From contig CAYXHX010000002.1 of NCBI GenBank assembly GCA_964464835.1, positions 1 to 39,779 of the forward strand: a stretch of DNA of 39,779 bases, written 5' to 3'. Source of the stretch: an uncultured Chitinophagaceae bacterium (GTDB lineage Bacteria > Bacteroidota > Bacteroidia > Chitinophagales > Chitinophagaceae). The notes below the pieces were generated by a model that saw nothing but the letters and a program-made list of their open reading frames with translations, ran no database searches and was not told the DNA's origin. Both the position numbers and the translations under genes were made by a program. Position 1 is the stretch's first letter, and each line of letters starts with the position of its first letter. This document shows, one piece after another, positions 13,756-22,346 of this stretch.

Positions 13756-15951
13756 TTATATTACAACATAATCAGGTGATGGCAATATTGCAAAAGCCCA
13801 TGTACTCGTTTTCCAATCGGTGGGGGCTGTTCCTGTATATCCAACAATATCCGCACTCAAATATCTTCCTGTCCCAACCATTAACCTATATCCTTTATAA
13901 TTCCAATTCTCCACAATAGGCGTTTGCGGCACATCAGTTGGCGTTCCCGGTGTTGGGACAAAGTGTTTAGTTTCTGTTATTTGAAATAATGCCATAAAAT
14001 CATCTTTATTAATCCACTTCGGGATTGTGCCGAGCGCATCAGCGTAAGAATAAATACAAATGTCCGCAATCATCGGGCTATCATACAATGGCATGGTATC
14101 TAAATCAATTGGGCCACGCTCATTTTCAATAACCAACTTTAAATATGTTGTGCCACTATATATGTCTGCTTCCTCTACATCATGCAGTAATTCAATTTCC
14201 AAAATTTCATTTTTCGGCTTATATTCAGCATTATCAACCTCGCCATTTCCGAAAATTGATTTTACCAATTGTTCAGGGTTAAATTGATCTTCACAACATA
14301 AAGGAATGGCAACGGCATCCGCTTTTTTTGTTTTGCGCCATGAAAGAAATTCCTGGTATTCATCATTTAATACACCATGCTTTAATGCTCGATAATATTT
14401 ATGATAATCCCTATGAAGCTGTGCAAATGCAAGACTATTGTTATGATGATATTCGTATGTATCTAAAATATTATTTTTAAAAATTGGAGTTTCCTGAATG
14501 ATATAATATTTCCCTTCATATACTGCACACGCAACTATTACAAAACCTTCATCACTTACAGAATCATCACTCATTACCTGCTCTAAATCGGTTGAAACCT
14601 GCGGGCAATCATGCGTTAATTTAGTTTGCCTTGTTGACACACAAGTATCAACATACATAATAGGCTTTCCGACAAAATCTAAACTTTTTGCATCTTCGGT
14701 TTTATAATCTTCCTGATACGGCAACTTAGATATATCATAAGAATATTTCGCTTTCCCCTGCAAATATTTTGCATATTTTGAAACTGTTAAATCAATCTCT
14801 ACCACCTTATTGAATGCGCTTATATGCTCAAATCGAACCTTCCCATTTTCATCAATAAAATGTTTCACGTAAAACATTGAATCAAGTGTTTCGGCTAAAT
14901 CATTAAACTTATAATTACCATTGGTGGCAGCAGTAATGTAATCCGGGTGCTTTGCATCGCTTTTTTGAATTAAAAATAAATGATTAACCTTAGTCGCCTG
15001 GCCTGTAACATAGTTTATATTGCTTGTATTTATCGGATTAATTTGAAAGAAGTCTGAAACAATATCATTATTACAAGCGGAATATCCAAGCATTGTAAAT
15101 AAAACACTGCTCAATTCCATTGCATTGTTGAAAGTCTTGTTGCCGCTCATACCCGCATAATTCCAATTGTATTGAGTTCCCGCAACTCCGCTTGGTGGAT
15201 TAACGTCTGCAACCGCCACATTTGTTGCCTCTGATTCAATTATAACCGGTTGCCTCACCCAATGATTGGTAATGCCATCCGTACTGCCTAAAATAAAGCC
15301 GATTGGCGGCGTAGAAGCCACAGGTAAATCAATATACTCCCTTACCCAATAACTCCTGCCAATTACCGTAAAACCAGACATTGTTACACCTTCTGTTAAG
15401 GCGTATAACATCCATCCCGGGTCTGGTATTGTATTATAATTACCACCCCAATAATAAGGGTTTCTCTTGTTGTTTTTTTGAGGGAAAGTGCCAAGGCTAA
15501 CTATGGAGAAAGCCCGATTATGCAATTCTAAATCACCCAATACAAAATAAATTGTACTCTTTGCTGTACCGGAAATAATATTTACATCATTATCTCCATT
15601 ATTCACCATGCAAGTATATTCATCAAATGGTGGAATTTCGCCTGTAATTGTGCATCTGCTCAAATCAAATTCAAAATCTACTAATCGAATTACACCAAGA
15701 TACTCGATTTCTCCGCTGCAAACTTTTTTAATCTCCAACTGCAAAGGCGTACACCTATTATTCGCATTTTCAATACTCATTAAATATTGAAAATCTTCCT
15801 TTACAAACGTCAATTTGCCGTTCAATGTTTTACGCCAATAATATGCGCCATTCTGATCATTCAACTCATAGGAATAATGACAATCATTAAAACCCAATGG
15901 ATTGCAGGATGTTTTTATCGTGCCGCTAATTATTTTAAAAGTCCTTTCCAT
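13756..15951 (-). CDS. Large tail-tip protein (Tal-like or receptor-binding candidate) with the shared C-terminal YTGTAP.DW domain
   Basis: 731-aa ORF placed after the tape measure. The C-terminus reads ...YADALGTIP...FVPTPGTP...DIVGYTGTAPTDWKTSTW...PSPDYVVI. Confidence 0.55.
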   Translation of the reverse strand: MERTFKIISGTIKTSCNPLGFNDCHYSYELNDQNGAYYWRKTLNGKLTFVKEDFQYLMSIENANNRCTPLQLEIKKVCSGEIEYLGVIRLVDFEFDLSRCTITGEIPPFDEYTCMVNNGDNDVNIISGTAKSTIYFVLGDLELHNRAFSIVSLGTFPQKNNKRNPYYWGGNYNTIPDPGWMLYALTEGVTMSGFTVIGRSYWVREYIDLPVASTPPIGFILGSTDGITNHWVRQPVIIESEATNVAVADVNPPSGVAGTQYNWNYAGMSGNKTFNNAMELSSVLFTMLGYSACNNDIVSDFFQINPINTSNINYVTGQATKVNHLFLIQKSDAKHPDYITAATNGNYKFNDLAETLDSMFYVKHFIDENGKVRFEHISAFNKVVEIDLTVSKYAKYLQGKAKYSYDISKLPYQEDYKTEDAKSLDFVGKPIMYVDTCVSTRQTKLTHDCPQVSTDLEQVMSDDSVSDEGFVIVACAVYEGKYYIIQETPIFKNNILDTYEYHHNNSLAFAQLHRDYHKYYRALKHGVLNDEYQEFLSWRKTKKADAVAIPLCCEDQFNPEQLVKSIFGNGEVDNAEYKPKNEILEIELLHDVEEADIYSGTTYLKLVIENERGPIDLDTMPLYDSPMIADICIYSYADALGTIPKWINKDDFMALFQITETKHFVPTPGTPTDVPQTPIVENWNYKGYRLMVGTGRYLSADIVGYTGTAPTDWKTSTWAFAILPSPDYVVI

Positions 15952-15954
15952 ATT

Positions 15955-15990
15955 ATTAAAAAAGGCCTACAAACGTAGGCCCCTTTCTTT
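15955..15990 (-). terminator. Hairpin with flanking A/T runs (bidirectional terminator form)
   Basis: GGCCTAC-aaac-GTAGGCC (15964-15981), flanked by A6 and a T-rich run. It ends only a few nt upstream of the ATG at 15951. Confidence 0.6.
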
Positions 15991-16029
15991 TAACAAATAA
16001 AACAAAAAAATACAACAAATGAAAAAAAA

Positions 16030-16614
16030 TTAATGGGCTATCGGTGAAACACATCTGTCAGGGCTTGTGCGTGAATCCCATTTAAAAGTACCTACATACT
16101 TTTCAATTTCATCAACTCCCCGTCCAAGTACAGGCGTCAGGTACAATGTACCTAAAATTCCCGAATTACCGCCGAATAAATTAGCTCCTTCTGTTTCATA
16201 CCATGCTTTGCATTTAAAAGCGAAACATTCAGTAGTCCTTACGAACTCATAATTTTTTGCAGTTGCATCATCAATTTCAACATTAATAACACGTTCTGTT
16301 TTACTAACATATTTTCTACTCCCGGAAATATCTTTTTCGGTAATACTTGCAGCAGGAATATCACCAATGATTGTAAGTGTTCTTATCAAATCATCTACTG
16401 TGGCACTGGAGCCGGTCGGGATTGTTGAATCTTGCGAAAGCCTGTCTGCCCATTCACCTGGTAAAGATGCATCAGCAAAAACAGCGGCAACCGGTTTGGC
16501 AATATATAAATAATTTCCTTGTGAAAGTGTGATTTTTGGCGCACAATCATCAAATGCAACATCCGGTAATGTTGCAATGCAATTCGTTGGACAAACTAAA
16601 GATGTAATTGGCAT
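16030..16614 (-). CDS. Tail protein, paralogue A (distal-tail or tube-like candidate)
   Basis: 194-aa ORF directly after the tape measure. It is paralogous to the 11755..12561 product and is followed by a terminator hairpin. Confidence 0.55.
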   Translation of the reverse strand: MPITSLVCPTNCIATLPDVAFDDCAPKITLSQGNYLYIAKPVAAVFADASLPGEWADRLSQDSTIPTGSSATVDDLIRTLTIIGDIPAASITEKDISGSRKYVSKTERVINVEIDDATAKNYEFVRTTECFAFKCKAWYETEGANLFGGNSGILGTLYLTPVLGRGVDEIEKYVGTFKWDSRTSPDRCVSPIAH

Positions 16615-16662
16615 GGATATTTGATTTTAATTATGTTGTAAAATTATGTATTTTTTTAAACA

Positions 16663-19257
16663 TCAAACATTTTTTTTATTTATTTTTCTTCGTCTGTTCC
16701 CTTCTACCTCAATAAAGTATGAACCCATATCAATAATTTCCTTTTTCGGCTTCTTATGAAGAGATACAAGTTCTTTAATATTTTCATCAATACTCGAAAG
16801 GCTGCCTTCTTTTAAAACCGTTGTACTATGCGTATTTTTTGAATTTTTACGGCTATTCAATGCACGGTATAATTCAATGCGATCCCTTTCTTTTGAAATT
16901 TCTGAATCTTCATTTTCGTGAATCAAATCCAATGTTTCACGCATCACATGGTCAGGCATACGGCTGCCGCCCAAAATGCCCGATAAATATTTTCTCATTG
17001 AGGGCAAATCATCTTGATTGATAGCTTCCAGTAGTGGCTTATACTTCTTTGTTTTTGGCTTCGATACCGCATACAGGTATTCGCCATCTTCATATTCAGC
17101 AATCTTCCTGTTACCATCATATAATCCTATACCACCTTCTTTATGTGAACGGCCTTTTAATTCCATGCCGCCACCTTCTTCAAACTTCGGTACACTTGAT
17201 TGCGCCGCCTCAATCGCATTCTTGATTGAAAGGAATGTTGATACGATCAATGCTGCCCCGGCAATACCAAGCGCAACACCAACAAAAGGAATACCCGAAC
17301 TACTTTCTATTGCCTTCGCTGCCGCATTCGCCAACCTTACCCCCGTTTCGATATTGGTCGCTAAAATTGCAGCAGCTTGTAAAATAGCTTCTTTCTTTCT
17401 TATCTCCTCCAATTTTACTTGAGCCTGTTGCTGTGCCGCTAATTCAGCCGTTTTATTTGCTCTTAATGCATCAAGTTTTTTCTGTTCAACCGATAAATTA
17501 TTTGCAAGCCCCTTTTCCGCTAAATCCTGCTGCCTGTCCACAATATCTTCCTGTGTGTCTATCTGGTCATTTAGTGTGTCAATAACACGCTGTATGGCAT
17601 CAATTTGACGTTGTGCTTCGGATTCCATTGATTGGGTTAATTGCTTAAATGCATCGCCCATCGCTTTTGCAAATAGTTTCCCAAATTCCCTACCCTCTTT
17701 ACTATTACCAAAAAAGGCATCGGATAAATAATTACCTAAATCAAATTCGGGATTGTCCGCCTGTGCCTTTACTTCAATATTCAACGTCTTTAAAAACGCC
17801 TGAATCTTCGCCTTTGTTTCATCATCAATTTTTGTATTTATTCCAAGCAAATCAAATATCGTTATTCCTTTTGTTGCCGCTGCCTGTAAATTATCGGGGT
17901 TCAATAATTCATCAAATTGTTCTTTAGTTATTTTTCGCTGCTCGATTAAACTATTACCAATTAATTGTAAACTCTTTTTGGCATATTCTTTCTCTACCTT
18001 TAATTTATTCGCCTCTTTTAACTCGGTTAATTCTTCTTCGCTCAATCCTGTTACCTTCAATAAATCAATAGTACTTTCAGCCAGTTCCTTTTGATTGTTT
18101 AGTTTCTCAATATTGGAATCACGGATTAAATTTTTAATCGCTACCTCCCTGGCATTGTTTAAATCAAATATTATATTATTATTTGCATATATTGCCGCTT
18201 TATCTTCATCGGTTAGTTTTGTTTGCTTTAATAAATTTTGATTTTGTTCGTTCAATGATTTTATAATGCCATCAAATTTTTTATTAATCTGGTCAATATC
18301 ATTATCTGTTTTATCACGGATAATCTCATTCAATGCTTCATTTGCCGATATTAGTAAAGCCTTTTGATTGGCATAAAATTCAGCATCAATTTTTAAAACT
18401 TTTGCATTGTACACCCGAATTAATTGATTCTTCTGATCATAAGCTACTTTTAGCAAATCACTTGTAATAGTTCCGCTTTTCCGTTGCTCATTAATCAAAT
18501 CCTGTATAGACTTTAATTGATCGGTCAATGTGTTGTATGCCACCTGCTTTTCTCTATCCCTGTCCGCTTGCAATAATTCTGCCTGTGTATCACGAAATTG
18601 TTTTTGCAATTCAGTAAATGACTTATTATATGCCTGTTGCAATGCCAACCTTTTTTGATAATCGGCTTTTGCTTGCTCCTGTGCTTTCTTATTTTGATCG
18701 GCTTGAAAATTTAATTGCTCAACAAGTAATTTTGCTTTATCATTTTTAATTTCAGTTTCAATTCCAACTTCATCACCACCGGCCCCACGAATTTCTTCTA
18801 AGTAATTCTCCTTTGATTGTATTGCCAATTTATCCCAATATTGTTGGGTCTTAAATATTTCCTGTTCAGTTGCCCCCTTTTCTTTTAATCGGGCAATATC
18901 CAATGACTTCTGCCGCTCATTATAAGCAAGATTGCCCTTCAATCCAATATCCGCAAACTTTAAAGTTGATTCGTTGAGTGCATCAATTTTTTCCTGCGCT
19001 TCTTCCGCTTTTGATTTCATTGAAGCAAAAGCTGCTATCAATGCACCGACCGCCGCAAGTACCCATCCGATAGGATTACTTAATAATGTAGCCCATAATC
19101 CTTTTGTTGCTACTGTTGCAGCCTCCGTTACTGATGTTTGTGTTGCCGTTGCTATCGTCTGCGCTTTCATTGCCACCGTATCGGCAACCCTCGCCGATCT
19201 CATTGTTAATACCGATAAGGCACTCTGTTTTTGAATTATTTGTTGAATCTGCTGCAA
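16663..19257 (-). CDS. Tape measure protein, main (C-terminal) part
   Basis: 864 aa. An A/T/Q-rich helical N-terminus is followed by a hydrophobic segment (IGWVLAAVGALIAAFA), very long coiled-coil K/E/Q/L repeats, and a second hydrophobic patch (GIPFVGVALGIAGAALIV). The track start is a TTG. Confidence 0.8.
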   Translation of the reverse strand: MQQIQQIIQKQSALSVLTMRSARVADTVAMKAQTIATATQTSVTEAATVATKGLWATLLSNPIGWVLAAVGALIAAFASMKSKAEEAQEKIDALNESTLKFADIGLKGNLAYNERQKSLDIARLKEKGATEQEIFKTQQYWDKLAIQSKENYLEEIRGAGGDEVGIETEIKNDKAKLLVEQLNFQADQNKKAQEQAKADYQKRLALQQAYNKSFTELQKQFRDTQAELLQADRDREKQVAYNTLTDQLKSIQDLINEQRKSGTITSDLLKVAYDQKNQLIRVYNAKVLKIDAEFYANQKALLISANEALNEIIRDKTDNDIDQINKKFDGIIKSLNEQNQNLLKQTKLTDEDKAAIYANNNIIFDLNNAREVAIKNLIRDSNIEKLNNQKELAESTIDLLKVTGLSEEELTELKEANKLKVEKEYAKKSLQLIGNSLIEQRKITKEQFDELLNPDNLQAAATKGITIFDLLGINTKIDDETKAKIQAFLKTLNIEVKAQADNPEFDLGNYLSDAFFGNSKEGREFGKLFAKAMGDAFKQLTQSMESEAQRQIDAIQRVIDTLNDQIDTQEDIVDRQQDLAEKGLANNLSVEQKKLDALRANKTAELAAQQQAQVKLEEIRKKEAILQAAAILATNIETGVRLANAAAKAIESSSGIPFVGVALGIAGAALIVSTFLSIKNAIEAAQSSVPKFEEGGGMELKGRSHKEGGIGLYDGNRKIAEYEDGEYLYAVSKPKTKKYKPLLEAINQDDLPSMRKYLSGILGGSRMPDHVMRETLDLIHENEDSEISKERDRIELYRALNSRKNSKNTHSTTVLKEGSLSSIDENIKELVSLHKKPKKEIIDMGSYFIEVEGNRRRKINKKNV

Positions 19258-20122
19258 TGACCTTATTCAATACCTCTGCCAATTCCTTATTCTCACTACC
19301 AAATAAAGCCGTTGCACCTTGCGCCAATCCAAAACCCGCCGTTACCGCTGTTACCGCCTGAATTGTTGCATCAATATACTTTGTATCGCTCGCTAAAACA
19401 CGGATACGTGCAGAAGTATCGCCCAACTGATCTTCCAATTGCCCGGCCTTTATGGCCATATCCTGGAAGTTCTTAGTATTATCCAACCCCTGATCCTCCA
19501 TTAATGCAAGCTCCTGTTTCAGCGCACGTAGTTGCCCCTTTAATGATGATGACTTTTTTGCTGTGTTATCAATCTCCCCATTAAATTCTGTTATTACCTG
19601 CTCGGCAGCACTTATTTGCTCACTCAATAACTTGAACTCATTGCTGTTTGGGTCAAGTGCTTTCAACTTCCCTTTCAAAATATCAAGCAAAGTAGATAAG
19701 GCTTTCATTTGATCGCCTGTTTGTTTCAAAACAGTTGAAAAAACAAGAATATCCGAATCATCAAAATTTACTTTTAAATTCGTTGTCTTTGCTGCTAAAT
19801 CTGAAAGCCTTTTAAATTCATCGGCATATTTTTTAATCGGGGCTGTATCATTCGCCTTTGCCGCCGATGTTGCAAGTGTATCATATACCTGCGCAAGCTG
19901 TTGGGCTAAGCCTGTTTGTTCTTTAATAGCTTTATTCCCATTAATTACGCTTTGAGTTGCCTTGTTCTGCGCCTCTGAAACATCGGCAAATCCTGTCTGC
20001 ATTTTTCCGGTCAATTGTTTTGCCGTTGACTGCAATTGTGCAATCTGCGATTTAACCTCTCGAAGGTCGTTTAATAAGCCGGAAGCATCGGATCCAATCG
20101 GTAATACATATTCATTTGCCAT
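19076..20122 (-). CDS. Tape measure protein, N-terminal part (overlapping ORF in another frame)
   Basis: 348 aa, helical and Q/A/L/K-rich up to ...GATALFGSENKELAEVLNKV. The last roughly 58 aa turn into low-complexity N/G/S sequence, while the +1 frame carries tape-measure-like sequence. Confidence 0.7.
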   Translation of the reverse strand: MANEYVLPIGSDASGLLNDLREVKSQIAQLQSTAKQLTGKMQTGFADVSEAQNKATQSVINGNKAIKEQTGLAQQLAQVYDTLATSAAKANDTAPIKKYADEFKRLSDLAAKTTNLKVNFDDSDILVFSTVLKQTGDQMKALSTLLDILKGKLKALDPNSNEFKLLSEQISAAEQVITEFNGEIDNTAKKSSSLKGQLRALKQELALMEDQGLDNTKNFQDMAIKAGQLEDQLGDTSARIRVLASDTKYIDATIQAVTAVTAGFGLAQGATALFGSENKELAEVLNKVIAADSTNNSKTECLIGINNEIGEGCRYGGNESADDSNGNTNISNGGCNSSNKRIMGYIIK

Positions 20123-20137
20123 TTTATAAAATTAAAA

Positions 20138-20428
20138 TTACTTCTTCATTTTCTCCAATTTCTTTTTTTTCAAATCCAATAAATTATAAAATTCATTTTC
20201 TTCTGTTCCTTTTATTGAATCATAATTTACCTTATCACCATCAGCCAAATTCCACCATATTTCTTCCCAATCCTTGTAGTGCTTAATCAAACGGATATGG
20301 GTATATTCAGGCTTCCATCCTTCATTAACTCGTTGTACTCCCTTATTGCTTCCAAAATACCTTGCGTGGCACTCACGCAACTTTTTACTTCGTCTTTCAA
20401 GATTGAAAGAGATAGCAAAAAAAAACCC
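20138..20428 (-). CDS. -1 frame extension of the tail assembly chaperone (T part of a G/GT pair)
   Basis: The -1 frame is open from the slippery run at 20428-20417 to the TAA at 20138 (GFFFAISFNLERRSKKLRECHARYFGSNKG...LEKMKK). It ends 15 nt before the tape-measure ATG. Confidence 0.65.
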   Translation of the reverse strand, partial: GFFFAISFNLERRSKKLRECHARYFGSNKGVQRVNEGWKPEYTHIRLIKHYKDWEEIWWNLADGDKVNYDSIKGTEENEFYNLLDLKKKKLEKMKK

Positions 20429-20811
20429 GAAATAGAAAACCCTTCCTCTATCCAGTCATTTACTTTTTTATTTATTAAATCATCCGAAATATAACGCCTG
20501 TCCTCGTCTTTATAATTTATATAACAAGCGCAAAGTCTTAATACTGGTGAATGATCTTCATAAAAATTTTTAAAACTACGCAAGTTATTATATGCAGTTA
20601 CCGCAACATCGGCAAACTTGTTTTCATTACAGGTATCATACACCTTCTTCCATTCTTCCGTTTGCTTACCCACATTCATCCCTGTTTCTAATTCAATCTT
20701 GGCAGCTTCGGCATAAACAGCTCTCTGGATGCTTATTTCACTCTCAATGAAATATTCAACTCCATTTGCAATAAAACTTTTCTTAGTTAAATCAATCTTT
20801 TTTAATTCCAT
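20287..20811 (-). CDS. Tail assembly chaperone (G-like)
   Basis: 174-aa ORF immediately upstream of the tape measure, overlapped at its 3' end by a -1 frame ORF. Confidence 0.65.
   Translation of the reverse strand: MELKKIDLTKKSFIANGVEYFIESEISIQRAVYAEAAKIELETGMNVGKQTEEWKKVYDTCNENKFADVAVTAYNNLRSFKNFYEDHSPVLRLCACYINYKDEDRRYISDDLINKKVNDWIEEGFSISGFFLLSLSILKDEVKSCVSATQGILEAIREYNELMKDGSLNIPISV
20417..20428 (-). promoter_or_regulatory. Programmed -1 ribosomal frameshift slippery site
   Basis: Minus strand reads GGGTTTTTTTTT, in zero-frame tcG GGT TTT TTT TTG. This provides the X_XXY_YYZ heptamers G_GGU_UUU and U_UUU_UUU. Confidence 0.65.
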
Positions 20812-21145
20812 AGCTTAAAATTTCAGGTGGTAATTTAGTTTTTCTAATATTCGGATTCATTTTCTCATAAAATAAATTTATAACCGTTGCATTAAATATC
20901 GTTTGCAAAATAAACCAAATATGAATGATAATATCATACTCCACTTTAAAATAAAATAAATAAAGCCATAAAGCCCATTGGCCGGAAACGCACTTGTGGC
21001 AACCAATCAACGGTTTAAACAAATAACCAGGCAACTTCCTTTCTAAATAATTATAAATACCATTCAGCAATTGCCCATTCGATGTAAGTATGTTGCTGTA
21101 TGCAATAGCGCAACAAGCTATTAATATCGTGTAAACTATAAGCAT
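20792..21145 (-). CDS. Small multi-pass membrane-like protein inside the tail module
   Basis: Hydrophobic N-terminus, GCHKCVSGQWALWLYLFYF and IIIHIWFILQTIF. It resembles the CxxC-containing DUF1360-type membrane proteins (weak). Confidence 0.45.
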   Translation of the reverse strand: MLIVYTILIACCAIAYSNILTSNGQLLNGIYNYLERKLPGYLFKPLIGCHKCVSGQWALWLYLFYFKVEYDIIIHIWFILQTIFNATVINLFYEKMNPNIRKTKLPPEILSYGIKKD

Positions 21146-21756
21146 TGGTTAGATTGTGCAACCGTTATACCCGGACTGCAAGCAAAAGGAATAACAAATT
21201 TTATGTTTAAATCTATTGCAAAAAACTCAAACGGCGGCATAAGATACTGTGTTTCACTCTCGCTATAATCATAAGGTGAAAATATACTTCTATCCTGCGC
21301 TGGTATTGATGCAACACTTACTATAATCCTTGTAAATGGCGGGGAATTAAATGGGCCGGTTATTAATTTTTCTAAAATATCATTAATGGCTTTGGAGCTT
21401 AATAGCATATCTGAATTACCAGTTATCATATTTGTATTCATCCAACAAACAATCCTTAACCGGCTCTCATATCCAATTCCACCACGCACCGCAACTGTTG
21501 CAGTTATTCCACCATCTTCAAAATATAACAATGTTGCATAACGGCTGTCCGGTATCATTGCCACCTGATCCATACTTGTATTGCATTCAATATTCGTTGC
21601 AAATGATGTAACCGGTATGCGCTTCTTTACAGTAAATTGACTATCCCCATCAATCGGTATCGTCTTTTCAAACACTTGAACCAAACCGGAAGTGTGATCC
21701 AGGTAAGTCAATCCTGATAACTTAGATAGTAATACTAATGATAATTCTTTATTCAT
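21136..21756 (-). CDS. Virion structural protein (major tail tube candidate by position)
   Basis: 206 aa. Last sizeable gene before the chaperone pair, apart from the small 117-aa membrane-like ORF at 20792..21145. The assignment rests on position only. Confidence 0.35.
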   Translation of the reverse strand: MNKELSLVLLSKLSGLTYLDHTSGLVQVFEKTIPIDGDSQFTVKKRIPVTSFATNIECNTSMDQVAMIPDSRYATLLYFEDGGITATVAVRGGIGYESRLRIVCWMNTNMITGNSDMLLSSKAINDILEKLITGPFNSPPFTRIIVSVASIPAQDRSIFSPYDYSESETQYLMPPFEFFAIDLNIKFVIPFACSPGITVAQSNQCL

Positions 21757-22346
21757 AAATTTCTTTTGAAAATATCTCTAATCCTGTTGCCCGGTATTTG
21801 ATTTATCACTTCTGCAATATCTTTTTTTATTCCTAAAAAGTTTCCATAATGTAAAAAATTCCATTTCAATTTATCTTTTACCTCGCTGTTCGTGCCGCCA
21901 ATTATAGCTATCGCTTTCCCTTCACCCTGATTTTCAACACCAAGAATTTTTGTATTTTGTATCATTCGTCCTGTGTAAGTTACATCAACATTAGCCGTTT
22001 GTAATCCCTGTATATCTCTTAACTGCTTATACCCATTCTGCAAAGTCATTACCGGAATCGCTTTTGATGCCCTAGGAAACTTTATAAATTTTATGTGCTT
22101 CTTTTTATTCGTTTTATTTTGGACTTTATCCGGCTTAAATTTTGCTTTCTGTAAAAAAACTGATTTCGTTACAAGTGTGGTACGCTGTGAATATGATTCT
22201 CCTGGTATGCCTCTCTCATGCAGCCGATTAATAACCAATGCAAGCCCATTTTCAGCATACTCCTTAACAATATTTGGCATGGATTCGATTATTTCATTTT
22301 CAATTTTTGTTAATGCAATAAGCAAATCATTCATATTCTTTTTCAT
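21753..22346 (-). CDS. Head-tail joining or tail completion candidate
   Basis: 197 aa, overlapping both neighbours by 4 nt. The assignment rests on position only. Confidence 0.35.
   Translation of the reverse strand: MKKNMNDLLIALTKIENEIIESMPNIVKEYAENGLALVINRLHERGIPGESYSQRTTLVTKSVFLQKAKFKPDKVQNKTNKKKHIKFIKFPRASKAIPVMTLQNGYKQLRDIQGLQTANVDVTYTGRMIQNTKILGVENQGEGKAIAIIGGTNSEVKDKLKWNFLHYGNFLGIKKDIAEVINQIPGNRIRDIFKRNL

Noticed and set aside
12577-13900. Diversity-generating retroelement (template/variable repeat) as an explanation for the repeated C-terminal YTGTAP.DW domain
   Set aside because: No reverse transcriptase gene is in the window. The two DNA copies differ at all base types rather than specifically at adenines. 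Divergence extends over the whole domain, which is consistent with old paralogy.
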